IMG/VR virus record: IMGVR_UViG_3300017788_000026
Location: 1 to 61,290 of that record
Direction: 5' to 3' (one strand)
DNA length: 61,290 bases
DNA from: a virus
Lineage: Duplodnaviria; Caudoviricetes
A model generated the notes under the pieces. The model saw only the letters and a list, made by a program, of their open reading frames with translations, was not told the DNA's origin and did not search any database. Numbering within the stretch: the stretch's first letter is position 1; every line of letters begins with the position of its first letter. The translations under genes were made by a program, and so were the position numbers. Positions 9,404-19,973 of the stretch are shown piece after piece.

Positions 9404-10623
9404 TCACACCTCCCGGATTGGTTCGTTATATGCCTAATAGCCAGTACACGCTGGCTAAAGTCACATTCCCTTCGCCTAGTGTTATGGCAGCTATTGAAGC
9501 TAGCGCGGATAAAGTAGTAAGAATGTGGTGGCATGAGCACGGCGGCGCGATGTATAACCCTAACCTAAACTCATTAGGCAACTGGGCCGAGGGTACTATA
9601 GGAGTAGAGCTGCGCCGGCGTGGAGCCGTAATTATTGATTACGAGTATCCGCCGTCAGGTAAGTACCAGCTTTATGAGGGTAGTTTTAGTTGGGAATCGC
9701 CCCAAAGTAAGCTAATGCCTCGTAACAATGAATACGAGATGATGGAGCGCGCCTACTTTCCTGATTCGTTACAGTATGCGGCGCGAGTTGTTCAGTACTT
9801 CAAAACACGGGCGGATGATTATGATTTCATTGACGCACTCTATTTTGCACAAACTGGGCAGCACTGGCCGTCGCCTGGAACAGGCGTGTATATCTCTACC
9901 GATCCAAACGACTGCGGTCGCAGCGGCGTATCTTCAGGAGTATGGCGCTCTGGTTATGTTAACTTCATGCGCGATGGGGATTTCGGATATAGTGGCGGCC
10001 CAGTAACGAATCAACTAGATCTATACTATACCCATAATCATTTGTGCAACATCTTCTTAGATCTAGAAGGTGGGCAGACGATTCTATCGTCGTTCTCAAC
10101 AACCGGCCCCGCTGGCTGGGATACCAAATACGGTGATTATGGCTGGTGTGGTGGTTATCTATTACCTGGACGAGGTATGTATACCATCCCGCCCGTATCT
10201 TGGGTAACCACACAACAGCGGGTGAAGCAGCGGATGGATTTTAATTTCTTATTGAAGGCCTCGAACCCGCGCGCTACTGAGGTGCGTTATATCTGCAACA
10301 ACGACACTGATCTAGATGCCCGCTCCCCTACCGCACCTTATTATGGTACTGGATATGGTTGGCCTAGTGCTGCGTATAACTATGGCAGCACCCTTAGAAT
10401 AGGGGTTGTGACCACGAAGTATGATGACCTGCATCATCCGATTAACCAGTTCTGGTTAGCTGATAGGCTAATCGCCTTAGGTAATCAAAATGTGTCGCTG
10501 AACGCAGGTAGGTCGATGATTAACAACGATGCGACTACGCGCGGTTATGTTAGCGTGACTAACTTCGTGACCAATAGATTGAACGGGTTCTTAACATCGG
10601 CTGGATGGACTAGATACATATGA
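9400..10623 (+). CDS. Probable alpha/beta-hydrolase-fold protein in tail operon
   Basis: HGG oxyanion-like motif, GAVIIDYEY strand, GVSSG nucleophile elbow, late His (DLHHP). Confidence 0.5.
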   Translation: MITPPGLVRYMPNSQYTLAKVTFPSPSVMAAIEASADKVVRMWWHEHGGAMYNPNLNSLGNWAEGTIGVELRRRGAVIIDYEYPPSGKYQLYEGSFSWESPQSKLMPRNNEYEMMERAYFPDSLQYAARVVQYFKTRADDYDFIDALYFAQTGQHWPSPGTGVYISTDPNDCGRSGVSSGVWRSGYVNFMRDGDFGYSGGPVTNQLDLYYTHNHLCNIFLDLEGGQTILSSFSTTGPAGWDTKYGDYGWCGGYLLPGRGMYTIPPVSWVTTQQRVKQRMDFNFLLKASNPRATEVRYICNNDTDLDARSPTAPYYGTGYGWPSAAYNYGSTLRIGVVTTKYDDLHHPINQFWLADRLIALGNQNVSLNAGRSMINNDATTRGYVSVTNFVTNRLNGFLTSAGWTRYI

Positions 10624-12185
10624 GCCACTTGGTTATCTTGACCGGCGGGTTTGTTCGTAAGAACCCTAATTCCCCGGCCTCTCCCACAGAAGTATTAGGT
10701 GGTCACCATATTCTAGACATATCGTCTGGTGGAACAGGCGCTGCTAACAACACGGCGGCGCTTAATCGCCTATTTGGTGCGGTAACAAAGGGCCAGTTTG
10801 CTGTATTTGATGGTACTAATGTAGGCCTGTTCTCTCCAGGTCCTAATGGTAGGTACCTACAATCAAACAGTGCGGCCCCATTTGGTCTTAGCTGGAATAG
10901 CCCTGCTGGCGGTGGCGGTGGCGCACCTGCTGCACACGCGTCTACACACCAACACGGTGGTTCAGATCAAATCGCTACAGCAACTGCTGCAGCTAATGCG
11001 ATACCTAAAGCTAGTTCAGGTGGTCTATTAGATCTAGGTTGGTTGCCCAGCATGCGTTTAGCTAGCCCCCTTGGTGGTGGCTTGCGAGGCCTAATGAGCT
11101 CACCTGCGCTATCTGATAGATTAAAGGTGTTTAGAGGCGGAGGCTATGAATCACCTAGCCACGCCTGGTTGCTAAATGGTGGCACAAATACCCACGCACA
11201 GATAGATAGCCACATAGCTGCTACAACGGACATACACGGCGCTGTTGGCGGTCTTGTTGACTTGTCCAGCATCCAGGACTTGAGAAATAAGCGTCTTATA
11301 GGCAAGTTGTATGTTTCTGGATCACCAGTAGGAGGCTCAGTCAGCTTCATTATCGCAGTCAGCCCTAACACTACGCAACAGTATGTACGCTTTACTACCA
11401 CTGGGGGCACCACCTCACCATTCTACGGCTTAGCCATTAACGCAGCCGCAGGCACTGGTACAGGGTTCAGTAACTACCTGCGCCTATCAGCAACAACAAC
11501 CGGTGACTCTACAGTGTCTCCGCGAGACTTCTTACTGCAGCCCGCTGGTGAAGGCTATGTTCGTATAGCCCAAGGCTCTGATAACGCTGCTGGTACTAAT
11601 AGATACAGACGAGCTGTTGTTGCTAATGATTTCTTCTTTAGAACTGTTGAATTGTGCTCACCTGCGTTCAACTTGGCTGGTACGGGCACAGTAACTCCCA
11701 CAGGCCAGACAAACTGGAACGGTAGTATAGCAACGCAGGATGGGGCCTTACGCTACAGCCAGCGTGACAAGGTCACGTATATGTACCACCACAACAGTGG
11801 TACGCCCCGTATTCTCAGCACTGACTCTTGGTTAATGCACGCATGGTCCGAATCAAAGAGCCCGGATAAATACTTCGCGTTCGGGCAGTATGACGGAACC
11901 CCGGACTTCTTCACCGATGTTTACGGATTCGTGTTCCCTTATCCCACTACAGTAACAGAAATGACCGCGTGGCGCAGAAGCCCACTAGAATCGCCGTTAT
12001 TACAGCTGCGTAGAGGTGGGGCGCCTGTTACTAGCATCCAATTCCTTCCTGGACAGGGTGTGCGCACCACTGGGGACATCTACCAGAACTTCGGCCCTAA
12101 CGAGCCTATACAGATTTATGTGGCGAATAGATCTTTTGGTGCTGGTCACGCCACCATAACTGTAAAAAGACGCTACTCACCGTGA
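10620..12185 (+). CDS. Tail fibre protein
   Basis: Gly-rich; HASTHQHGGSD and GTNTHAQIDSHIA fibre-shaft motifs. Confidence 0.7.
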   Translation: MSHLVILTGGFVRKNPNSPASPTEVLGGHHILDISSGGTGAANNTAALNRLFGAVTKGQFAVFDGTNVGLFSPGPNGRYLQSNSAAPFGLSWNSPAGGGGGAPAAHASTHQHGGSDQIATATAAANAIPKASSGGLLDLGWLPSMRLASPLGGGLRGLMSSPALSDRLKVFRGGGYESPSHAWLLNGGTNTHAQIDSHIAATTDIHGAVGGLVDLSSIQDLRNKRLIGKLYVSGSPVGGSVSFIIAVSPNTTQQYVRFTTTGGTTSPFYGLAINAAAGTGTGFSNYLRLSATTTGDSTVSPRDFLLQPAGEGYVRIAQGSDNAAGTNRYRRAVVANDFFFRTVELCSPAFNLAGTGTVTPTGQTNWNGSIATQDGALRYSQRDKVTYMYHHNSGTPRILSTDSWLMHAWSESKSPDKYFAFGQYDGTPDFFTDVYGFVFPYPTTVTEMTAWRRSPLESPLLQLRRGGAPVTSIQFLPGQGVRTTGDIYQNFGPNEPIQIYVANRSFGAGHATITVKRRYSP

Positions 12186-13003
12186 TAACACCTAATCGCG
12201 TAACGGTTTTCTTCACATATGAGTCACCAGCTGGGGCGCCTGTCACCGTAAGCCCTGTATCCGTCCGTGTTTATGGACAATCCGGCGCCTCTCAGTACTT
12301 CTCACCAGCTAACCCTGCTATAGTAGAGGCTGGTGGTACATACACTGTATCAGATATTGATGTTTCAGGGTATGGTGGTTACTATGTAGACACCTTGTGG
12401 CGCTTTAGAAAGCCCGGGCAGCTATCCCCATTAGTCGAGTTATGGACTAAACACTCTTTTTTACCTGGATCTATTGATTTTACGGTATCTAAGGTGCTCC
12501 AATGGTCCGCTAGTCCTGGTTTGTTCTATGTAGAGAAGCAATACCAGAGCGAGTCGCCTACTTTTGTGGGAATAACAGCGTATCAATTGTTCGCGGACAC
12601 AAACCTAACTAACCAAACGACCTATAATGTCTATCCATTAGTGGTTGGGCAGGCTGGGTCCCCTTCCTTAGGTAGCCCGCTGGTTACAACAACAACTGCA
12701 CATAGCAGACCGATGTGCGTAATAGGTGGAATGCTTTCATCAGCTGATGTATCGGCCCGCTTTATAGTCCATCACGCCGATACAATCAATAAAGTAGGTA
12801 GTATTGAGAACACGATGTGGCAGGAGATTAAAGCCCCTGTTAACGCTGATGGTTCTTACGCAATCGCGTTCGCTCAGGGTACAATTCTAATAGCGGAAAT
12901 ACCCGCAATCGGTCATGCCCGCCGGTTCATTGTGCCTAACACCTCTTTTGCGGATTTGGCCACAATCCCATACACATCCTTAGAGATATATAGAGCTCCT
13001 TAA
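12182..13003 (+). CDS. Probable virion structural protein
   Basis: Coupled within tail operon, beta-rich. Confidence 0.55.
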   Translation: MITPNRVTVFFTYESPAGAPVTVSPVSVRVYGQSGASQYFSPANPAIVEAGGTYTVSDIDVSGYGGYYVDTLWRFRKPGQLSPLVELWTKHSFLPGSIDFTVSKVLQWSASPGLFYVEKQYQSESPTFVGITAYQLFADTNLTNQTTYNVYPLVVGQAGSPSLGSPLVTTTTAHSRPMCVIGGMLSSADVSARFIVHHADTINKVGSIENTMWQEIKAPVNADGSYAIAFAQGTILIAEIPAIGHARRFIVPNTSFADLATIPYTSLEIYRAP

Positions 13004-16000
13004 TGGCTGATAACGAATCACTGAGTCAAAATCTTAACCTAAGAAAGCCCGATAGAGGGTCTTTCGAAGGCGTTTGGGATGTTCCGGCCAACGAGAACAT
13101 AGACAAGATTGATAATCTGTTCAGTGCGGACGCTGTTGCTGGCGGGCACGAGCATACGGGTCAACCTGGTCAAGGCCCTCAGCTTGCTCACGACAACTTA
13201 ACTGGCGTTGGGACCAATACCCACGCGCAGATCGACTCACATATTGCAGACTCAGCGCTGCATACTGATGTGGCTATAGGTACTGTTAGTGGTGAAGAGC
13301 TCAATAACAGCGCGGTTACTGTCACATCGACCGCTGTAACCACAATAAACTTTCAAAATGCTGCGCTGATTGAGACAGCACCTGGTGTTGTTACTGTAAT
13401 ACCTAGAGGCGTGTCGGGTACAACAGGCAGCTCAATGCTGTTTAGTAAACCTGAGAGCGCCGCGGTAGCTTATACTGACAACTTTAACTGGCCCACAGGT
13501 ACACAGCTGGTCCAACACAGCTGGGTTACGTGGCTCTCTGCGTTAAACGCGCATTCGGATTGGTTGATTGGCGGAACACAGAGCCCGTATACGTTCCTTC
13601 GTAATGACAACTCTGGCGGAAGCATCCTCCAACAAGGCTATTCAGTAGCTCATTGTCGCGGGCACATTCCTCATGGAACAGCCCAGCGCGTCACATTATA
13701 TGTAGAGCACTTCCGTCCTATAGAAGACAGCGGCGTTCCTGTATCTGGTGACGCCTCTCTAGCCGCTATTAAGCCTACCGATAGACTATGCCTATCACTA
13801 GATCTATTATCAGGTGTAGGTTCTGGCGGTGATTTGAACAGACCCACAGCGCAGGGTTTAAGCCTCTTACTGTATAACACAGGCGGTAACATATCCGCTG
13901 CTCTAAGCATAAAGGTTGCGCCTACAGCAAACGAGGTCATTTGGTCCGACTTCAGTGGATCAGACTTAGGCAATCCGCAGACCTCTGCATTTATGGAAGG
14001 CTGGCACGAGCTATCGCTACGTAGACATCCTACTATAGCAGAAGCGTTCTATATCCATTACTACAGAAATGAAGGCTTAGTTTGGACTAAGCTGTTCAAT
14101 CCCAATAGCACTGTGGTGACGGAGTCTGATTTTGCTAAGGCCATTATTGACCTAGTAAACAATCTAATAGCGAGCACACAGCCTTCATATGGCCGCATAG
14201 GCTTTGCTGTTTCATACAACCTATCTGATTCTCTGCGCCTATACGAGTTCAGAGTTAAGCACGTAGCTATCGGCAGCGCGGACGACGATTCGAATGTAGG
14301 TATTGTAACTATACCTACTCCAGATGTTGTACAGCCTCCCGAGCCGGCTTGTGTTGGTGGTGTATTCGGGCCGCCTACGCCTGGTTATCTACCCAACGAA
14401 ATATTCCCGTTCGATCCTGATAATCCTGGCACTGTGTGGACTATTAGCGGGGCGTTCGAAGCGCCGTTCGGTGGTCTACCTAATGGCGACGGCTTCATTG
14501 TAGGAGCCACATCGGGCGGCATCCCTACAACGTATAACGTGTTCTGCAGCCCGCCCCGGCCTGGTAGCCCGCTAGTTAACTACATAGTATACGAGAACCA
14601 AACAAACGCGTCACTAACACTATCTGATGCTGAAGGTGTTGATGTGGGTCTATATGGCTACAACCTACCTAGACACACTCCTGAGGCGCTGTTAGACAAC
14701 ACACTCATATACGCGCTGACCAGCATACCTGTGAATTACAACACCACGGGTACGATTACAAATACCTATTACAGCACCGCTGTACCGCTGCCTGCAAACG
14801 GGCCTATAACCCTAGTGGGTGTAACAGGCGAAGACGACGAGCTGACACAATCGGGTCTTACTGAGTACAACGTAAGATATAACACGAACTCCAGAATACC
14901 TTGGGGCGCTAAGTTCAGAATTGAGACCGTAGCCCCGTATGAGGATACGTTCGTTGCTAACTGGGTGAACATAGAAGTAGGTGTGCCGCAAGCACAGCTT
15001 GTGTCTATGTCGCTCCTCAAATTCCACTCAGTGCGTAATGTGTGGGAGACTGTTGAGCTCGGGCTGCCCTCGTACACTTCTGGATCTACCACAGATGGTG
15101 GTTTGATGCTCGAAGGTGAGAACATCGCTACCACCTTGGTCATCAATAACTTCCCGTACGGCACGCGCTTCTGGAATGATGACAACGGGTTCGTTAAATC
15201 CACTGGCGAGCAATGGTCGTCTCTGGACACCAGAGGAAACGACCTCGATTACGCTGTACCGCCTATATTGGATTTTGCTCCTAAGATGGGGCTTAATACC
15301 GACACGGCCGGCGCGGATCTTAACAATAACCCGCTTCTTGTGACTAGAGCCGACGTCATAGTACCAGGTACACTCGCTCAAGGAAGCGCGGTATTTGAAG
15401 ACACAACAACGGCGCCGCAGTCTTCGTACATAAAGACATTAGGTGGCCTACCGTATACGTTAATCAACGACGATATAGTACAGAATCAATATCCTGGTGC
15501 TAGCTCATGGTTTATGCACGGTAGACTGCGTTATGGTCTAGCGTCCACATCATTATCAGAAACAGCTGGTGTAGTAACGTCGCTGAGTGCGCCTATGATG
15601 CGTACTTATATACCTACGGCCACAGGCACACCAGTACAGAGCGTCATATTCCATGGGCAGGTAATACCTAACAACCCTGTAGTAGTCGCGTCGTCTATTA
15701 CCACGACTACAGCAGGCGCCTCCGCTACTATAGTGCTAGATGTGCGCGGGCATCACGATAGGTGTCTAAGCAAAGACGGCTCTTTTGATGATAATGATAT
15801 GCTCGTCACAATAGTGTCGGGTATAGCTACCATCGACTCTACAGTCAAGACATTTGTCATGCCTGACGGCTCCTTGAATGCAGCGCCCCCCACTGGAGCT
15901 AACGGGTTAGCTAAGATACGTGATTCGTTGCGCAGGTTTACATTAAATGTGACGCTTGCTGGTGCACCTGGGCCCATTGTTTTGCGGTTAAATAAGCAGG

Positions 16001-18579
16001 CCGCCTCTGCTTGGATAACCAGCCAAGGCGAGGCGCTTACTACGGCCTTAACAGATGCTGGCTATACGGGTATTACAGGCATTACTGATTACCAGGTAGG
16101 TACGGTAAGCGGCGTTGCGGCTATTATACAAGATGGTGTGGTTAAGCCAAGCGGCGCACCTAGTCCGGAGATACGGGAGCAGTTTGCTGCTGAGACGTTC
16201 CATATGTTTATTAGAGGCCATGTGTGGAACGGCGCACCTGACGGTACTACACTAACCCAAACAGCTACAACGATCATTAACGGCGCTGCTTACACCATTC
16301 TTGATGTGTTGAGCGAGAACGTTAACGGGGCGATCACTTTCCAGCAGATGGTAAAGATAGCCAGCGGTGTTGGCACTGGTGGTCTTTATGAACGATGGGC
16401 CGTGACAGTGGCCTGCCCTGACCCTAACGACGCTATACCCGGCACGTTTACTAGCGTGGTCATATCTGTTCGTAATCCTAATGGAACACCGACAGCGTTA
16501 CCGGCTATACCGCTAATAGAGCAGCCTACCCCAGTAATAACGGCCGCGGGCATATTGTCTGATGATGGGGTTAGCCTAGTAGGCACGTGGGATATAGCCG
16601 ACCCCGCTACTAAAACACTAATAGTGACCGCTACAGGCGTACGTAGTAACCTCACTACAGGCCTGGTCACCGATATCATCACTGTTGAATCAGATGGTGC
16701 ACAAGCCCCGCTAGTTCCTGTTGATGGTGAGCAATGGTATGTGTACCCCTCTATAGCAAACAGCTATTTCTGCGAATACCAACGCGGTGACGACCTATCT
16801 AATCCCAGCACTACATACGCTAGTGGGGATACTTTCTCCGTAACGGTCACCAAGCGCGTTATTGCAGGCACGGCTAATGAAGATACTGACGTAGGGTTTA
16901 TCCTTATGGAGGCGCTCCAAGTAGCCGGCCCGTCTTGGCAATACAACACACCAAACTTCTTATCTTCATACGCCCCTGAAACGCCCGCAGCAATGACAGC
17001 CGCGGCTAGTTCACAAACACGGCGTGTGCCTGCTGGCAGAGAGGTGTTCTTAACCGTCCCGCAGGTAGATGAGTACTTTGAGTTTGTATTACCGGGTCAA
17101 TTCCGCGTATCGCTTCCGGCCGCCCTGGACTTGAATTTCGAAGTGGATTTCTTGGACAGTGACGGCGTCTCCATTCTTAATCAAGACTTTAACAACGGTA
17201 AGGCCGTCATAACGGCTGCTAACAGAAACCAACTCGTTGGCTATGGTAGAGTTAACACAGAGACTGAAGGAAGCCTCATACGTATAAAGGTTACCAACCT
17301 AGTCACTTTAGAAGAATCGACCTATCGTACTGCTGTTAGTGTATTACCGGCTAGAGTACCCAGCGTTCGTTACGTGGTCGCTGACGTAGTCGAAGGTACT
17401 TCAAACAACATCATAAAGGTATACGGAAGTAACTTCTTGGCTAAGCCCGCTCCTGCTGGCGCCCCCTCTATATTCAGGGGCACTAGCATAGATAACGACC
17501 CCGCTGGCATCGTCACTAACATTATCGAGATATCCACAGCAGATGACCTGCTTATCTACTCTATTGATGTGGCCGCTGGAACAGCTGGCGGCACTATTGG
17601 CGTAGAAACACAATATGCAGCCGGCGAAAGAGCTATATTCCCAGGACTCATAATCGTTCAAGATGCTGTGGCCGCTACACCACAAGTAGATGAGTTACTG
17701 TTCTACGGCGCAGGTGATCAGAACATTGTGGATAGTGGCGGCACGCCTTCTATTCCTGCAGTAGGCCCTACGGCTACAGCTAGGCTGCGTATAACAGGCA
17801 CCGGCTTAAACAGCCGTTCTGTCAGCAATGCGTACCTAGTCATATGCGGTGAGGCTAATCTGGATAGCAATCCCAATAGACGGGAGAGCTTACCTGGCCA
17901 AGCACTACACCCGCTGTATAAATTAGGGCCCAATCACAAGATATACAGAACGTCTGTTGTTACACAGACTGAGACTGAGCTAACGGTTAACTTCCCTGCG
18001 CCCATTACGCTAGCTAACGCTAGATGCCGTCTATATTTAGAGAGACCGGCCTCACATCCGTCTGGTGCGGGCGTGTGGACGAGCGCTCAGATTGATGCTA
18101 CCGGCGTAACATCTGTGCAGGGCGGTTTAACTAACTATGGCGTAACTATACAGTACGGTGGTTATCCATATAACCCGTATCTAAATAGAGATACCGGCGT
18201 GAGTGCGACCACTGTGTTACCTGCCGCCCGTGCTGCTACAACAAACACTTTTGCTGGCGGCGGCGCTCCACTCGTGGTACGCTTCACTACAGCCTTCACA
18301 TCTGGACGCATTCCGCAGATACTGGCGGTGCCTGATCCTGATTATGGCTCTGCTTTCAGAATAGAGAGCGTAGTCCTACGTCCTAATAGACTAGAACTAG
18401 AGATAGTACTGTACCCGCCTGAGGCTGGTGTGACCGATACATATCCGCTGCCGGTGTATGATCAATCAATACACCCAGTAGCCTGTGGTCTTGCTTTAGC
18501 TAACGGTACGCCGATATTTTCTGTACTATTAGGCGAAGCTGACTGGGGCAACACGACTGACCAGATCTCGTTCAGCTAA
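13003..18579 (+). CDS. Large virion fibre/adhesin-like protein with Ig/TIG-like repeats
   Basis: 1858 aa, T/G/S/A-rich; GTNTHAQIDSHIA; IKVYGSNF and LRITGTGL TIG-like strands. Confidence 0.65.
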   Translation: MADNESLSQNLNLRKPDRGSFEGVWDVPANENIDKIDNLFSADAVAGGHEHTGQPGQGPQLAHDNLTGVGTNTHAQIDSHIADSALHTDVAIGTVSGEELNNSAVTVTSTAVTTINFQNAALIETAPGVVTVIPRGVSGTTGSSMLFSKPESAAVAYTDNFNWPTGTQLVQHSWVTWLSALNAHSDWLIGGTQSPYTFLRNDNSGGSILQQGYSVAHCRGHIPHGTAQRVTLYVEHFRPIEDSGVPVSGDASLAAIKPTDRLCLSLDLLSGVGSGGDLNRPTAQGLSLLLYNTGGNISAALSIKVAPTANEVIWSDFSGSDLGNPQTSAFMEGWHELSLRRHPTIAEAFYIHYYRNEGLVWTKLFNPNSTVVTESDFAKAIIDLVNNLIASTQPSYGRIGFAVSYNLSDSLRLYEFRVKHVAIGSADDDSNVGIVTIPTPDVVQPPEPACVGGVFGPPTPGYLPNEIFPFDPDNPGTVWTISGAFEAPFGGLPNGDGFIVGATSGGIPTTYNVFCSPPRPGSPLVNYIVYENQTNASLTLSDAEGVDVGLYGYNLPRHTPEALLDNTLIYALTSIPVNYNTTGTITNTYYSTAVPLPANGPITLVGVTGEDDELTQSGLTEYNVRYNTNSRIPWGAKFRIETVAPYEDTFVANWVNIEVGVPQAQLVSMSLLKFHSVRNVWETVELGLPSYTSGSTTDGGLMLEGENIATTLVINNFPYGTRFWNDDNGFVKSTGEQWSSLDTRGNDLDYAVPPILDFAPKMGLNTDTAGADLNNNPLLVTRADVIVPGTLAQGSAVFEDTTTAPQSSYIKTLGGLPYTLINDDIVQNQYPGASSWFMHGRLRYGLASTSLSETAGVVTSLSAPMMRTYIPTATGTPVQSVIFHGQVIPNNPVVVASSITTTTAGASATIVLDVRGHHDRCLSKDGSFDDNDMLVTIVSGIATIDSTVKTFVMPDGSLNAAPPTGANGLAKIRDSLRRFTLNVTLAGAPGPIVLRLNKQAASAWITSQGEALTTALTDAGYTGITGITDYQVGTVSGVAAIIQDGVVKPSGAPSPEIREQFAAETFHMFIRGHVWNGAPDGTTLTQTATTIINGAAYTILDVLSENVNGAITFQQMVKIASGVGTGGLYERWAVTVACPDPNDAIPGTFTSVVISVRNPNGTPTALPAIPLIEQPTPVITAAGILSDDGVSLVGTWDIADPATKTLIVTATGVRSNLTTGLVTDIITVESDGAQAPLVPVDGEQWYVYPSIANSYFCEYQRGDDLSNPSTTYASGDTFSVTVTKRVIAGTANEDTDVGFILMEALQVAGPSWQYNTPNFLSSYAPETPAAMTAAASSQTRRVPAGREVFLTVPQVDEYFEFVLPGQFRVSLPAALDLNFEVDFLDSDGVSILNQDFNNGKAVITAANRNQLVGYGRVNTETEGSLIRIKVTNLVTLEESTYRTAVSVLPARVPSVRYVVADVVEGTSNNIIKVYGSNFLAKPAPAGAPSIFRGTSIDNDPAGIVTNIIEISTADDLLIYSIDVAAGTAGGTIGVETQYAAGERAIFPGLIIVQDAVAATPQVDELLFYGAGDQNIVDSGGTPSIPAVGPTATARLRITGTGLNSRSVSNAYLVICGEANLDSNPNRRESLPGQALHPLYKLGPNHKIYRTSVVTQTETELTVNFPAPITLANARCRLYLERPASHPSGAGVWTSAQIDATGVTSVQGGLTNYGVTIQYGGYPYNPYLNRDTGVSATTVLPAARAATTNTFAGGGAPLVVRFTTAFTSGRIPQILAVPDPDYGSAFRIESVVLRPNRLELEIVLYPPEAGVTDTYPLPVYDQSIHPVACGLALANGTPIFSVLLGEADWGNTTDQISFS

Positions 18580-18606
18580 AATAAAGGCCGAAGCCTTTTA
18601 TTTTAG
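18576..18606. terminator. Bidirectional intrinsic terminator
   Basis: CTAAAATAAAGGC-CGAA-GCCTTTTATTTTAG; right arm duplicated at 18611-18624. Confidence 0.8.
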
Positions 18607-18620
18607 GGCGGCCTTTTATT

Positions 18621-19019
18621 TTAGAGGGCCTTTACAGCCAATGTTAAGAAGCCTACGGTTATGGCGCCAAAAGCTAGGGTAGCTATGACGCCAAGCACCG
18701 CGTACGAGATGGCGGTCAATCGTTGCTTAGCCGTTGGACATGTTGCTGCGTACATACCTGATTGAGCAAAGCTTGCCGTTAACAGGGTCCATAAGAAGCC
18801 TGTGAGGCCCCGAACCCAGTTGTTCAGTTCTGGTACGCCAAAAGGCGCGTCGTTCATGGTTAGCACATACATCATTATGCAGCTTATAAGCACGGCGAAG
18901 GACCCTGGCGTCTCTGCTTTGTGTATAAGTGTGTCTTTTAGTTCGCGCACGTTCTTTATTGCGAAGTAGTAGGAGATGAGGAGTGCTATAACGACCGCTG
19001 AGGTTAGGAATGCGTTCAT
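18621..19019 (-). CDS. Multi-pass membrane protein (paralog of 19022-19396)
   Basis: About 4 hydrophobic segments; GLTGFLWTLL...SGMYA. Confidence 0.7.
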   Translation of the reverse strand: MNAFLTSAVVIALLISYYFAIKNVRELKDTLIHKAETPGSFAVLISCIMMYVLTMNDAPFGVPELNNWVRGLTGFLWTLLTASFAQSGMYAATCPTAKQRLTAISYAVLGVIATLAFGAITVGFLTLAVKAL

Positions 19020-19021
19020 TG

Positions 19022-19396
19022 TTATCCTGTCAACAGCTCCAAGCCGCATATACCGAAAGTTAAGGTTCCTACCACTCCTACAGACATGGTTACGTATGTA
19101 CCGAATGTTCTCTTCTTCTTAAAGAACGCGTATACGCCGCCTCTAAAGGTAGCAAGCGACAGGATGGCCCACAGCAGGCACGTCACCCCGCACAATACGT
19201 CATGGTAAGGGCTTGTTTCTGTAGAAACGATGATAAGCGAAGATATAATGGTAAACCCAAACAGATAAAGCGGCGGACCGCTCTCGTCTTTTATCGTATC
19301 TGGCCCAAGAGTTAGCGCTTCCTTTAATGTCTTATAGAACAGCACACTGGTGCCTAGTACGCACACTATAAGGGTAGTTGTTTCTACGTCGGTCAT
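19022..19396 (-). CDS. Multi-pass membrane protein
   Basis: About 4 hydrophobic segments; GVTCLLWAIL...GGVYA. Confidence 0.7.
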   Translation of the reverse strand: MTDVETTTLIVCVLGTSVLFYKTLKEALTLGPDTIKDESGPPLYLFGFTIISSLIIVSTETSPYHDVLCGVTCLLWAILSLATFRGGVYAFFKKKRTFGTYVTMSVGVVGTLTFGICGLELLTG

Positions 19397-19602
19397 TTGC
19401 GTACCGCCCCTACTGTGTCCGAGAATAGAGCTATTGCTGCGAATAGAGTAACTATGCTAAATATTGTCACAAGAGCGTCGCCCGCATTTTGGCTAGACTT
19501 GCTGCGTGCATCACCAGCGAGGTAGGCTCCCACGACTGTCATAACTATACTGAATATACACAGCGCGGATAAGACCACCTTTGTCTCGGCTACACTACTC
19601 AT
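19393..19602 (-). CDS. 2-TM membrane protein
   Basis: Two hydrophobic segments, ATGA coupling. Confidence 0.65.
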   Translation of the reverse strand: MSSVAETKVVLSALCIFSIVMTVVGAYLAGDARSKSSQNAGDALVTIFSIVTLFAAIALFSDTVGAVRK

Positions 19603-19973
19603 TCTGGCGTTCCTGTAGCGACTACCCCGGCAAAACCAACAACGATCATACCTATTCCGTGTATTAGCAGTGTCTTTCTGTTCATGCCCTCAAGCTTTAG
19701 GGCCACAATAGCGCTGAATAACCCGACTAGTGAGCAGAAGAAGAAGCCTATGGCCAGCGAGCGTGCCTCTACAACTACGTCTATGGGAATTATTTGCACG
19801 TATATTAGGGGAACAGCATACAAGCCGCATCCTATTATCGCCTTGTTTACAAAAGGTCTCGCATCATCGTTCACTGCGCCTGCTGCTGAGGCGCTGATAA
19901 GGCTGGTTATTACGAAAACGGTCAGCGCTACAACCATCAGCGAAAATATACCGCCGAGTAGAAGGTCAATCAT
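19599..19973 (-). CDS. Multi-pass membrane protein
   Basis: About 4 hydrophobic segments. Confidence 0.7.
   Translation of the reverse strand: MIDLLLGGIFSLMVVALTVFVITSLISASAAGAVNDDARPFVNKAIIGCGLYAVPLIYVQIIPIDVVVEARSLAIGFFFCSLVGLFSAIVALKLEGMNRKTLLIHGIGMIVVGFAGVVATGTPE

Noticed and set aside
35-18579. Numerous antisense/nested ORFs within long structural genes (also within RNAP and the GC-rich cassettes)
   Set aside because: Shadow ORFs of real genes, with no motifs or RBS
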